This document shows positions 1-8,116 of a stretch of DNA of 18,911 nt, piece after piece. Source of the stretch: an uncultured archaeon (GTDB lineage Archaea > Asgardarchaeota > Heimdallarchaeia > Heimdallarchaeales > Heimdallarchaeaceae). The notes beneath the pieces were generated by a model. It was not told the DNA's origin, ran no database searches, and worked only from the letters and a program-made list of their open reading frames with translations. Location of the stretch: contig CAZJUB010000007.1 of assembly GCA_964549075.1 (NCBI GenBank), positions 56,246 through 75,156 on the forward strand, read 5' to 3'. The stretch's first letter is position 1; each line of letters begins with the position of its first letter. The position numbers and the translations under genes were made by a program.

Positions 1-372
1 TCTGGTTTAGATGAAACTATTGATGCGGTGACAGAAGAGCCATTAGCTGAAGAAGTAATCACAGAAGAGCCATTAGCTGAAGAAGCTGTAATAGAGGAAG
101 TTGTTCCTGAAACTAAAGTGGAAGCCTCGGAAAAGATTGAAGGTCTTGATGAGGAAGCTGTTCAGAGAAGGCAAAATATTATTGAACAAATGCTTGCAGA
201 TACTAAGCAACGTGAACAAGAAGAAGGTTTCAAAGTACGAGAATTGGGAGAAACAGCTGGAAGGTCATATTCAGCAGTTGTATTTGGTAATGAATCTACT
301 AAAAATGTCAAGAAATGGAAAAAATGGGAAAAACGACGATTGCGTCAAGTAAGGAAGAAAAAAGAGAAATAA
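1..372 (+). CDS. 5'-truncated hypothetical protein; Glu-rich low-complexity region, short coiled coil, very basic C-terminal tail
   Basis: Frame 1 is open from base 1 (SGLDETIDAVTEEPLAEE...) to TAA at 370-372, so the GTG at 28 is probably internal. The protein ends KKWKKWEKRRLRQVRKKKEK. Confidence 0.8.
   Translation, partial: SGLDETIDAVTEEPLAEEVITEEPLAEEAVIEEVVPETKVEASEKIEGLDEEAVQRRQNIIEQMLADTKQREQEEGFKVRELGETAGRSYSAVVFGNESTKNVKKWKKWEKRRLRQVRKKKEK
31..85 (+). repeat. In-frame tandem repeat with 30-bp period (TEEPLAEE x2)
   Basis: acagaagagccattagctgaagaag is identical at 31-55 and 61-85. Confidence 0.95.
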
Positions 373-397
373 TTTAATGTGAATATCACAATAAATT
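371..397. promoter_or_regulatory. Imperfect inverted repeat directly after the first stop codon (hairpin or operator)
   Basis: aatttaatgtga-ata-tcacaataaatt; 11 of 12 positions pair. Function is unknown. Confidence 0.4.
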
Positions 398-467
398 CAT
401 ATAGTATTATAAATGCTGGTTAGTAGTGATTATAAGAAAACTCACATAACAATGTGAGGAATCAAAA

Positions 468-1553
468 ATGAGTGACTTTGACTTGGATTGGAATAAATTT
501 GTAGGATTTAGTTTATTTACATTAGATGAAGATATGGTTTTTGATAAAGTTATTAACACTAAAACAGCTTTTTCTACAGTATTTCAAATCATTGATACAA
601 GTACAAAAACTAGGGAAGAGTTGAAAAAATCACAATCCATCTCCTTAATTAATGAAGTTTTCCGAGTGGATTATCATTTGTACTATAATATCGTACTTGC
701 ATGTATGTTTCTTCCTGATACTGAAGAAAATTTAGCTGGACGAATTATTCAAATCATAAAAAATAAGCTTCACGAACAACTTAAAGATTATGGTACTATT
801 GATAAAATGGAACCGAGATCACAGACAGCTTTAATTAAACGATTAGGCAGTTTGATTTCTGAAAGAGCTGCAAGTCAGATCAAATATGACTATTTTCCAG
901 CTAAGAAACCAAAAGTTGTAGAATCTGAGCCAATAACTCCAAAGGTTGAACAGCCTACTTCTACACAAAAAACTGAAACAATCACTTCAGAATCCACATA
1001 TCCTCCTACACAATCTGAAGCAGTTTCCTCGTACTCTCCAACTACTACAACACAACCTGTAGGTAGTTCAGATTCTGGTGGAGTTGAGGACCTACTTGAG
1101 CATATTGGACAAAAGAAAGGTCCACATACAACTTTTATTGAAAATAATAAAAAAGTTGAACTTACTCAGCAACTTCTTGAAGATACAAAACGAACCTCAA
1201 TAGAACGTGTTCTATCTTCAGTAATAAAGGGATTATCTTCAAAAACTGGTGTTTGTTTTGTTTTCACAGGAGACAAAGGAGCTTTAGAAACTATTACTCA
1301 TGGTATGTCTGAAAAACATGCAGAATTTGTCTTAGGAATACTTTCTAAATATCCTGAAGTTGTAAAACAAACTCTTGAAGCACCGGGAGATGATAAGACT
1401 CTCGATGCAGGTGATGGTGTTGTTATATTAGAAGAAACAGAAGGTGGAATGTTAGTTAGTATAACGAAAAATCGAGAAGAAATACCTATTATATCTAAAA
1501 GAATGAAACTTGTAAAAACAATGATTGGAGAATTTCTGAAATCATCTTTCTAA
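468..1553 (+). CDS. Putative longin-like + roadblock-like two-domain protein with Ser/Thr/Pro-rich linker
   Basis: 361-aa ORF with GAGGA RBS at 456-460. The N-terminal pattern (VGFSLFTLD...FRVDYHLYYNIVLACMF...helix) is longin-like. The C-terminal ~120 aa align by eye with the ORFs at 2264 and 3003. The fold is inferred. Confidence 0.65.
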   Translation: MSDFDLDWNKFVGFSLFTLDEDMVFDKVINTKTAFSTVFQIIDTSTKTREELKKSQSISLINEVFRVDYHLYYNIVLACMFLPDTEENLAGRIIQIIKNKLHEQLKDYGTIDKMEPRSQTALIKRLGSLISERAASQIKYDYFPAKKPKVVESEPITPKVEQPTSTQKTETITSESTYPPTQSEAVSSYSPTTTTQPVGSSDSGGVEDLLEHIGQKKGPHTTFIENNKKVELTQQLLEDTKRTSIERVLSSVIKGLSSKTGVCFVFTGDKGALETITHGMSEKHAEFVLGILSKYPEVVKQTLEAPGDDKTLDAGDGVVILEETEGGMLVSITKNREEIPIISKRMKLVKTMIGEFLKSSF

Positions 1554-1588
1554 TGAACTTATGACCACCTTAGAATTGATTAAAGGTT

Positions 1589-2254
1589 ATGGGGACGAGA
1601 ACAATTTGGAATAAAAATCAGACTAAAAGAGTAATTATTACCAAAGAAATCCGTAGCAGTGTGAAAGACACTTTTTCTTTATTTCAGTTTTTAGAAAACA
1701 ACTTAAAACATGAAGAGATTGAAGTAAACACAATAGACAATACAAAATTTACATTTGTCAAGAAAATGGGTAGTAAAAAAATAAATATAGAAATTAGAGA
1801 TACGGATAGAGAAAATTTCTTGGAAATTAATGCATATAATTCAAAATTGAATTATCTAAATGGAGTTTATAATTGGTCAAATAAGCAGATATTTGGTCTC
1901 AAATACAGTTTATGGATAATTTTGATAATTGTTGCAATCTCAATTATTCCGTTAGCTGTATTGTTAGCAATTCAAGAGACCATATCTTCAGAAGCTCAAA
2001 CCGCACTCAGAGTTGGAGGAATAGTGTTGATTTCAATTGGAGGAGGAGTTTTTGTTTTGTTCTTGATATTTACGCAATTATCTTCAGGAAGACAAATTAA
2101 GCTACGAGATAATGTGAGTAATTTTGTTCAGATAATAATAAATTTCATCGAAAATTATCGAGAGGATTCAAAGGGAAAAAAAGTATGTTGGAATTGTTAT
2201 AAAGAAATTACAAATGAAAGTTCAAAATGCCCACATTGTGAGACACAATTATAA
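1589..2254 (+). CDS. Membrane protein with two TM helices and a C-terminal zinc ribbon
   Basis: Hydrophobic LWIILIIVAISIIPLAVLLAI and VGGIVLISIGGGVFVLFLIF segments; C-terminal CWNC-x10-CPHC. Confidence 0.8.
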   Translation: MGTRTIWNKNQTKRVIITKEIRSSVKDTFSLFQFLENNLKHEEIEVNTIDNTKFTFVKKMGSKKINIEIRDTDRENFLEINAYNSKLNYLNGVYNWSNKQIFGLKYSLWIILIIVAISIIPLAVLLAIQETISSEAQTALRVGGIVLISIGGGVFVLFLIFTQLSSGRQIKLRDNVSNFVQIIINFIENYREDSKGKKVCWNCYKEITNESSKCPHCETQL

Positions 2255-2263
2255 ACGCATGAT

Positions 2264-2845
2264 TTAAAGCTCGTCTAATAGCAAAGTGTTCTTTGTTACA
2301 ACATTTTGAACATGTTTTAATCTTCTAGATAATTCATCAACATCTTCCTGATTTTGTGTGATACCTATTAGGTAGTTGTCTTTTTGGCAATTTTCAAGTA
2401 CAACATAACCAATTCCAGTATCTAATACCTTAACTTCTTCATCAGACCCAAGCAAATCGTTAATAACAGGAGGATATTTTTGGAAAATTTCAAGAATCTT
2501 TATTACAACTTCCTTACTTAATGGACCTCGTATTATAGCTCTCTTATCATCACTTTCTGGATGTGGTACTAATGAAGCAGCTGATAACGAATGTAAATCA
2601 CCAGATATGCTATCCAATAGTGCATCAATTGTAACTCTTATAGCTTCTTGCACCTCATCAGGAGATGATGTTTGATTAAGAAATTCTCTTAGATATTGAC
2701 CTGATTTAAGTTTTCTCTTTGAGATATTCAAAGTTTCATATGCAACTTCTTCCATCTCAACAAAAATATCCTTTTGTGAGGGTTTTCTTTTTCTTGAAGT
2801 AATTTTGGTTGAAGGAGATTCTTTAGAAGGTTCTTTAGTATTCAT
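2264..2845 (-). CDS. Roadblock-like domain protein, paralog of the flanking 468 and 3003 proteins
   Basis: The ATG at 2845 follows a GAGGA RBS and is preferred over the TTG at 2857. ILEIFQKYPPVI...EEVKVLDTGIGYVVLEN...LIGITQNQEDV matches the neighbours. Confidence 0.7.
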   Translation of the reverse strand: MNTKEPSKESPSTKITSRKRKPSQKDIFVEMEEVAYETLNISKRKLKSGQYLREFLNQTSSPDEVQEAIRVTIDALLDSISGDLHSLSAASLVPHPESDDKRAIIRGPLSKEVVIKILEIFQKYPPVINDLLGSDEEVKVLDTGIGYVVLENCQKDNYLIGITQNQEDVDELSRRLKHVQNVVTKNTLLLDEL

Positions 2846-3002
2846 TGCTATCCTCAAAAATATTTACTTCATAAAGCCCTAAAAATATTTCCTTACTATT
2901 AATGCAAATGTAGAAACACTTGAATATGATTTATGATTTTAATGGACAGTTGAGATATCTTTATTAGCAAATACTAATATAATAAATACTAGTTGAGGTC
3001 AA

Positions 3003-3968
3003 ATGCCTTTTCCTAGAACTAACATCAATCCGTTGGTAGCTGTTATAATCTATGATTTAAAAGGGAATAATATTTTTGAATTAGAAAATGCTAAAAATGA
3101 GGTTGAAAAGGCTGAAATTCACAGTTATTTTATCCATCCTATTGAATTCTATCAGTGGGTTAGACGTTATAACGAGATAACAATTTTCAGAGGTAAATTT
3201 AGAGCCACATATATTACTTTTATTGATTTGACTCTTCTCTTTGTATCAAGAGTAGAAAATATAGCTGCTGAAATACGTCCTGTTATATTAAATTATGTAA
3301 AAGTATTAAGTCAAGAAATTTTAAGGAATCTAACAACTCGGCAAAATGAAGATTTGCTTGTCAAAACCTGCGGATATTCATATGACCAAAATATAAATCA
3401 ATTCCAGAATCAAATTGATAAGATTTATTCTCGATTAGGAATCGAAAGAATAGAACTAGAACCGCTCACTCTAGAAATTTCAGAAGAAGAGACCAAACTA
3501 TCAAAAGCTGAATCAAAAGTTGAAGTATTTGAAGAAAGTCGTCCGTTCGAATCAGTGCCAAAAATCCAAGCTAGTGAGATGACACAAGAAATACTTGATG
3601 AAGCTAATAAAAGAGCTATCACATCTTTATTATTTTCTTCTATAAGAGGTTGTGAATCTCCAGCAGCTGCAGCATACATCTATACTAAAATTGATGGAGC
3701 AATAGGAGAATTATATGCTGGTAATTTAGAGGAAAGAAAAATAATTTACGTTTTAGAAACAATAACTCAATTTCCAAGAGTAATTTATGAAATGATCAAT
3801 TCAGATGACGAAATAAAAGCTTTGAATGCTGAAGTGGTTCAAATTATAGTTGAAGAGAGTGCTGATGGAAAAATCCTTGTTGGGATGACAACAAATGTGA
3901 ATGACGTAATAAATGTAGGCTATAAATTCAAAATCATTAAACACATTCTAAATACTATGGGATTTTAG
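3003..3968 (+). CDS. Putative longin-like + roadblock-like two-domain protein
   Basis: 321 aa with GAGGT RBS. N-terminal VAVIIYDLKGNNIFE resembles the first longin beta-hairpin. C-terminal VLETITQFPRVI...DEIKALNA...IIVEE...LVGMTTNVNDV is paralogous to the 468 and 2264 proteins. Confidence 0.7.
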   Translation: MPFPRTNINPLVAVIIYDLKGNNIFELENAKNEVEKAEIHSYFIHPIEFYQWVRRYNEITIFRGKFRATYITFIDLTLLFVSRVENIAAEIRPVILNYVKVLSQEILRNLTTRQNEDLLVKTCGYSYDQNINQFQNQIDKIYSRLGIERIELEPLTLEISEEETKLSKAESKVEVFEESRPFESVPKIQASEMTQEILDEANKRAITSLLFSSIRGCESPAAAAYIYTKIDGAIGELYAGNLEERKIIYVLETITQFPRVIYEMINSDDEIKALNAEVVQIIVEESADGKILVGMTTNVNDVINVGYKFKIIKHILNTMGF

Positions 3969-4021
3969 AAATATCACATCATTGAGAAAACTTTAGAAAT
4001 CTATCTTCTTTACTAATTGTA

Positions 4022-5068
4022 ATGGACGAAGGTAAACTAGATATTGAGCTTCTTCACGAAATCTTAAGTAAAAAAGGTTCTAAAAATGAAGGAGTTATAA
4101 AATCAGGAGAAGTTGGGTTAGATGTTGCTACCTTAGATATCTCTGCAGCTCGAAAGAAAGCTCAGGAATTTTACAATACCACTTCAGAAACATATCTTAT
4201 CGTGAAATCTGATCCAGTTACCTTTCCAACCTCAGAACCTGGAAGATATGCAGTTATTGTAAATGCAAATGACGTAGTATGTAGTGGAGCGCTTCCTTAT
4301 GGTTTTTTAGCGACTATTATTGTTCCTCCCAAAACAAAGTTTGAAGAAATTAAAGAAATACAAAATCAAATCCATCAACAATGTCATGACTTAGGTATAA
4401 GTTTATTAGGAGGGCACACAGAAATTTCTAAATCAGTTAGAGATATTATTATTTCAGGACATATGATTGGTTTTGTTCCAGAAGATTTCTATGTTACTAA
4501 TGAATTATCTGAAGGTGAGTCAATTATAATAGTGGGTGAAATTGGTGCTGAAGGTATAGGTATTCTAATATCTGAAGCTGACGGATACATTCAAAAGATT
4601 TTAGATCCAGCAGAACTAGAAAATGGAATTTTAATTGGCAAAAGATTAAGTTTAGGGGACATTGCCAATATTATTAATAAAAAATTTCGCCCTTCCCTTA
4701 TTCATGATGCTACAGAAGGGGGATTATATGGTGCATTAAGCGAGATATTATATAATAGAGATGTTGGAATTCAGCTTTTTCAAGAACCTTCTATCAATCC
4801 AATAATGAAAAAACTCTCAGACTGGTTGAGCTTTGATCCTTTTAGGATTATATCCTCGGGTTTAATTATATTTTCTGTAGCTAAGAATAAAACCAATGAT
4901 TTTCTTAATTTCCTTAAAGAATATCAAATTCCAGGTTCATTAATAGGTTCTGTTACTAATGAAAAAGGAATATTAAGACTTGGAGATAACATACTCGAAA
5001 AACCAATAAGCGATGAAATTATCATCGCTCTTGAAAATCTTGAAAGGCTAAAGAATGAAAAAGTATAA
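4022..5068 (+). CDS. AIR synthase-related (PurM-like/HypE-like superfamily) protein
   Basis: Family motifs KSDPVT, AVIVNANDVVCSGA, LLGGHTE and HDATEGGL, plus the C-terminal ISSG. Confidence 0.88.
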   Translation: MDEGKLDIELLHEILSKKGSKNEGVIKSGEVGLDVATLDISAARKKAQEFYNTTSETYLIVKSDPVTFPTSEPGRYAVIVNANDVVCSGALPYGFLATIIVPPKTKFEEIKEIQNQIHQQCHDLGISLLGGHTEISKSVRDIIISGHMIGFVPEDFYVTNELSEGESIIIVGEIGAEGIGILISEADGYIQKILDPAELENGILIGKRLSLGDIANIINKKFRPSLIHDATEGGLYGALSEILYNRDVGIQLFQEPSINPIMKKLSDWLSFDPFRIISSGLIIFSVAKNKTNDFLNFLKEYQIPGSLIGSVTNEKGILRLGDNILEKPISDEIIIALENLERLKNEKV

Positions 5069-5744
5069 CTCAAAGTCTCAATATTCTGACAATCATGATA
5101 TTTGGGGAGCGGAAGCTTTTCTCTATAAAGAGAGATGGTTTGGATACAATGTAATTAAAAAAATAAGATCTCCAAAAAAATACAGAATAGATGAAATCGA
5201 TTTGGAACTTAGAACCAGTAGAACAATTACAGAATCAAGATTAATGATAGCAGCTAAGAAATTAGGAGTACATACTCCAACAATTTTCGAAATCGATCTT
5301 GAAAATACAAGTATAGTAATGGAAGACATTGATGGAATTAGCGTAAAAGAATGGTTGAACGAAACATCTGACTTAGAGAAACAGAAGCAGTTTGTTAAGT
5401 TAATTGGTGAAAATGTTGGGATTCTACACACAAATAATATCATTCATGGGGATCTAACTACAAGCAATATGATTAAAAAAAAGGAGAAATTACATTTCAT
5501 TGATTTTGGATTAGGAAAATTTTCACAGGCAATTGAAGATAAAGCTGTGGACATATTATTAATGAAAAAATGTTTTACAAGCACCCACACATATTGTGAA
5601 AAGGAATTTTTCTTTTCATTTCAAGAAGGATATTTATCTAGTATGCAACAAGCTAATAGTATTTTTAGAAGAGCAGCAAAAGTAGAAGCTAGGGCTAGAC
5701 ATTTAAAGGAAAATCAAATTATTAACGATTATCTTATCTCGTGA
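5055..5744 (+). CDS. bud32: KEOPS complex kinase/ATPase Bud32 (Kae1-associated)
   Basis: GAEA loop, KIRSPKKYR, RTITESR, HGDLTTSN catalytic loop, DFGLG, EDKAVD and STH motifs. Confidence 0.95.
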   Translation: MKKYNSKSQYSDNHDIWGAEAFLYKERWFGYNVIKKIRSPKKYRIDEIDLELRTSRTITESRLMIAAKKLGVHTPTIFEIDLENTSIVMEDIDGISVKEWLNETSDLEKQKQFVKLIGENVGILHTNNIIHGDLTTSNMIKKKEKLHFIDFGLGKFSQAIEDKAVDILLMKKCFTSTHTYCEKEFFFSFQEGYLSSMQQANSIFRRAAKVEARARHLKENQIINDYLIS

Positions 5745-7029
5745 TAGCAGGATATTTTAATAATTTCTGTCCTGTTTCCCAAGCTGTCTTAGCATAGATT
5801 TCTTGATTCGACCAGTTACCTTCAATTTTTCCTTGAGAACTTAATTTTCCCAATATTTTCCTTATTGATGGATAAACAGGTTTGAAAGGAGTACTTTCAA
5901 GTTTTGTGCCAGGCAATGGCATAAAAACATGAGCTCGAATCACAGTTTCTTTTTTTGTCAATTCTTTAATAACTTTGATAGTCTTTAATTCATCTTCCTT
6001 TGTAGCTTTAGGAAGTCCTATAATGATATCTACTATTGGTATAAAACCTGTTTCTAATAGAACATTAATTGCTTCAATACCTTCTTCTACTGTATGTCCT
6101 CTATGAATTTCTCGCAATACATCATTACTTCCAGATTGCAATCCTATTGATATTCGTGAATTTGAGAGAAATGGTTTAATATCTTTCATGAGTTCTAAAG
6201 ATACAGTTTCTGGACGAACTTCACCAGGAAATGTTCCAAAATAAACACTTCGTATCCCTTCAATTGTACGTATAGATGATAGTAACTTTACTATTGCTTC
6301 ATGATTAACTTCATGTGGTTTTGACGACATATATCCAAATGAATTAGGAGTTATGAAACGTATATCATTAAGTTTCCTTTTTGCCATCCATTTAATTGTA
6401 TTAAGAATTATTTCAGGTGACCTGTGTCTAGTTCGATGTTCAAATAAGGTTGGCACTTGGCAAAATGTACAACCAAATGCACATCCCCTTGATATTTCTA
6501 AAGGAGGAAACAGACCTCTTGTTTGTGACATAAAGGGATAATCATCAAGATTAATAGGTTCAGGTTTAGTTGTTATATTAACCTGATCTTTACCTTCAAG
6601 ATATGCCATCCCTGGAGTTTTATATTCATCATCTTCTAAAATTAATTTTTCAAGGAAAAGAGATAATGAGTATTCAGCTTCTCCAATAAAAGCAAAATCA
6701 AATCCGGTCTTTAAAGTTGTTTGAGGACTTCCTGATGCATGACTTCCTCCCGCAATAAATATGATCCGATTTAATTCTGAAGGAAGAAGTGCTTTGTAAA
6801 TCTTTGCCATTCTATCATAAATTTCAGGTAGTTGAGCTGTTCGAAAAGAAAATCCTACAACTAAACGGTCATATTTTTTTAAGAGAGACTTTAATACAAT
6901 ATGATCTATATTTTCTTCTAATATCACAACTACATCATTTAGATTAATATCTGCATCAATTGTAGCGATAAGGGGTGTAAGACTATAGAAATTTTTCTTA
7001 GAAAAATCAAATACTATTGCAAGAGACAT
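5734..7029 (-). CDS. B12-binding domain radical SAM protein (MJ_1487/TIGR04013-like)
   Basis: N-terminal B12-binding-type VGFSF...IAGGSHAS...GEAE; EISRGCAFGCTFCQ (CxxxCxxC); DIRFITPNSFGY; GTFPGEVRPE; FMPLPGT. The ATG at 7029 follows a GGTGA RBS (the ORF track starts at TTG 7041). Confidence 0.9.
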   Translation of the reverse strand: MSLAIVFDFSKKNFYSLTPLIATIDADINLNDVVVILEENIDHIVLKSLLKKYDRLVVGFSFRTAQLPEIYDRMAKIYKALLPSELNRIIFIAGGSHASGSPQTTLKTGFDFAFIGEAEYSLSLFLEKLILEDDEYKTPGMAYLEGKDQVNITTKPEPINLDDYPFMSQTRGLFPPLEISRGCAFGCTFCQVPTLFEHRTRHRSPEIILNTIKWMAKRKLNDIRFITPNSFGYMSSKPHEVNHEAIVKLLSSIRTIEGIRSVYFGTFPGEVRPETVSLELMKDIKPFLSNSRISIGLQSGSNDVLREIHRGHTVEEGIEAINVLLETGFIPIVDIIIGLPKATKEDELKTIKVIKELTKKETVIRAHVFMPLPGTKLESTPFKPVYPSIRKILGKLSSQGKIEGNWSNQEIYAKTAWETGQKLLKYPAITR

Positions 7030-7042
7030 AGATTTCACCAAA

Positions 7043-8038
7043 TTATCTCCAAGTGACTGTCACTTCTTCAGGTCTAAAATGCTGATCCACGACAGTATCT
7101 ACCATTTTAGCTCTTATACCTGAATTATACATCAATATACCGAGCCAAGCAATCATAACACCATTATCTAGAGCTAAATTTGCATCTAGACCTTTGAAAG
7201 TAGCATTATGAGATATTGCCATTTCAGAGAGCATTTCTTTAAGACGAGTATTTGCAGCTACACCACCACATACAAGAATTTCCTTTTTTCTTGTATGAGC
7301 TAAAGCGCGTTCTGTAACCTCAACTAGCATTGAGAAAACTGTCTCTTGAAGACTATATGCTAAATCAGGTAATTCATATTTCTTTGATTGAAATAACTTT
7401 GTAATGTGAGTTAAAATACCAGAAAATGAAACATCCATCCCTTTTATAACATAAGGAATATTGATATAATTAGAACCTCTAAGAGCTTCATCTTCTATTA
7501 CTTTACCCATTGGTTGTTCCTTATCGCTTAATCCCGCATTCCTACCAAAAACATCCAAGCAGTTTCCTACAGGAATATCAAGTGTTTCTCCAAAAACGCG
7601 ATATCGGCCTTCAGAGTATGCAATAACCTGAGTATTACCACCAGATACATAAAGCACGACAGGATCTGCCAATTGACCTTCTAAACGTCCAATTTCAACA
7701 TGGGCTATTGGATGATTAACTGGCATAATGGGTTTATTTAAAGCTAAAGCAAGAGTCCTAGCAGCGATAACACCTATTCTCAAACATGGGCCTAAACCTG
7801 GACCTTTCGTAAATGAAATTAAGTCTATATCATCAGGTTGAACACCAGATTCTTGAAATGCTCTATTAATTACCTTAGGCATGTTTATACTATGAAATTC
7901 AGAAGCTTCTCTAGGATGTATTCCACTACCAAAAGGAGGTTTATAGGTCATTCGTATGTTTGACAGGATTTTGCCATCACTATCGATTATACCAACACCT
8001 AGCTTATCTGCAGAACTTTCGATTCCTAGAGAGATCAT
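7043..8038 (-). CDS. kae1: KEOPS N6-L-threonylcarbamoyladenine (t6A) synthase Kae1
   Basis: LGIESSA, GIHPREA, GPGLGPCL, VNHPIAHVEIG (metal-binding HxxxH), LYVSGGNTQ, ETLDIPVGNCLD, GGVAAN and DNGVMIA motifs; archaeal C-terminus FRPEEVTVTWR. Confidence 0.97.
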   Translation of the reverse strand: MISLGIESSADKLGVGIIDSDGKILSNIRMTYKPPFGSGIHPREASEFHSINMPKVINRAFQESGVQPDDIDLISFTKGPGLGPCLRIGVIAARTLALALNKPIMPVNHPIAHVEIGRLEGQLADPVVLYVSGGNTQVIAYSEGRYRVFGETLDIPVGNCLDVFGRNAGLSDKEQPMGKVIEDEALRGSNYINIPYVIKGMDVSFSGILTHITKLFQSKKYELPDLAYSLQETVFSMLVEVTERALAHTRKKEILVCGGVAANTRLKEMLSEMAISHNATFKGLDANLALDNGVMIAWLGILMYNSGIRAKMVDTVVDQHFRPEEVTVTWR

Positions 8039-8063
8039 CAGTATCTCAAGTTTAGAAGATTGG

Positions 8064-8080
8064 TTTAAAAGTTCTTTTTT
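8064..8080 (-). promoter_or_regulatory. Putative BRE-TATA promoter of kae1 and the radical SAM gene
   Basis: The minus strand reads AAAAAAGAAC-TTTTAAA, with the TATA-like box about 26-32 nt upstream of the kae1 ATG. Confidence 0.5.
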
Positions 8081-8116
8081 CTAAACTAAATATAATAATG
8101 TTTAATATTAGAAGCG

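Noticed and set aside
4022-5068. Specific assignment as hypE, purM, thiL or selD
   Set aside because: There is no C-terminal PRIC cysteine of HypE, no N-terminal Cys/Sec-x-x-Lys motif of SelD and no pathway context. Only the superfamily is supported.
5734-7029. Radical SAM protein as the MtaB/MiaB-type methylthiotransferase for ms2t6A
   Set aside because: It lacks the N-terminal Cys-containing UPF0004 domain and the C-terminal TRAM domain. The N-terminus is B12-binding-like instead.
5055-8038. Broken Kae1-Bud32 fusion or pseudogene
   Set aside because: Both genes are intact and on opposite strands. Separate kae1 and bud32 genes are normal in many archaea.
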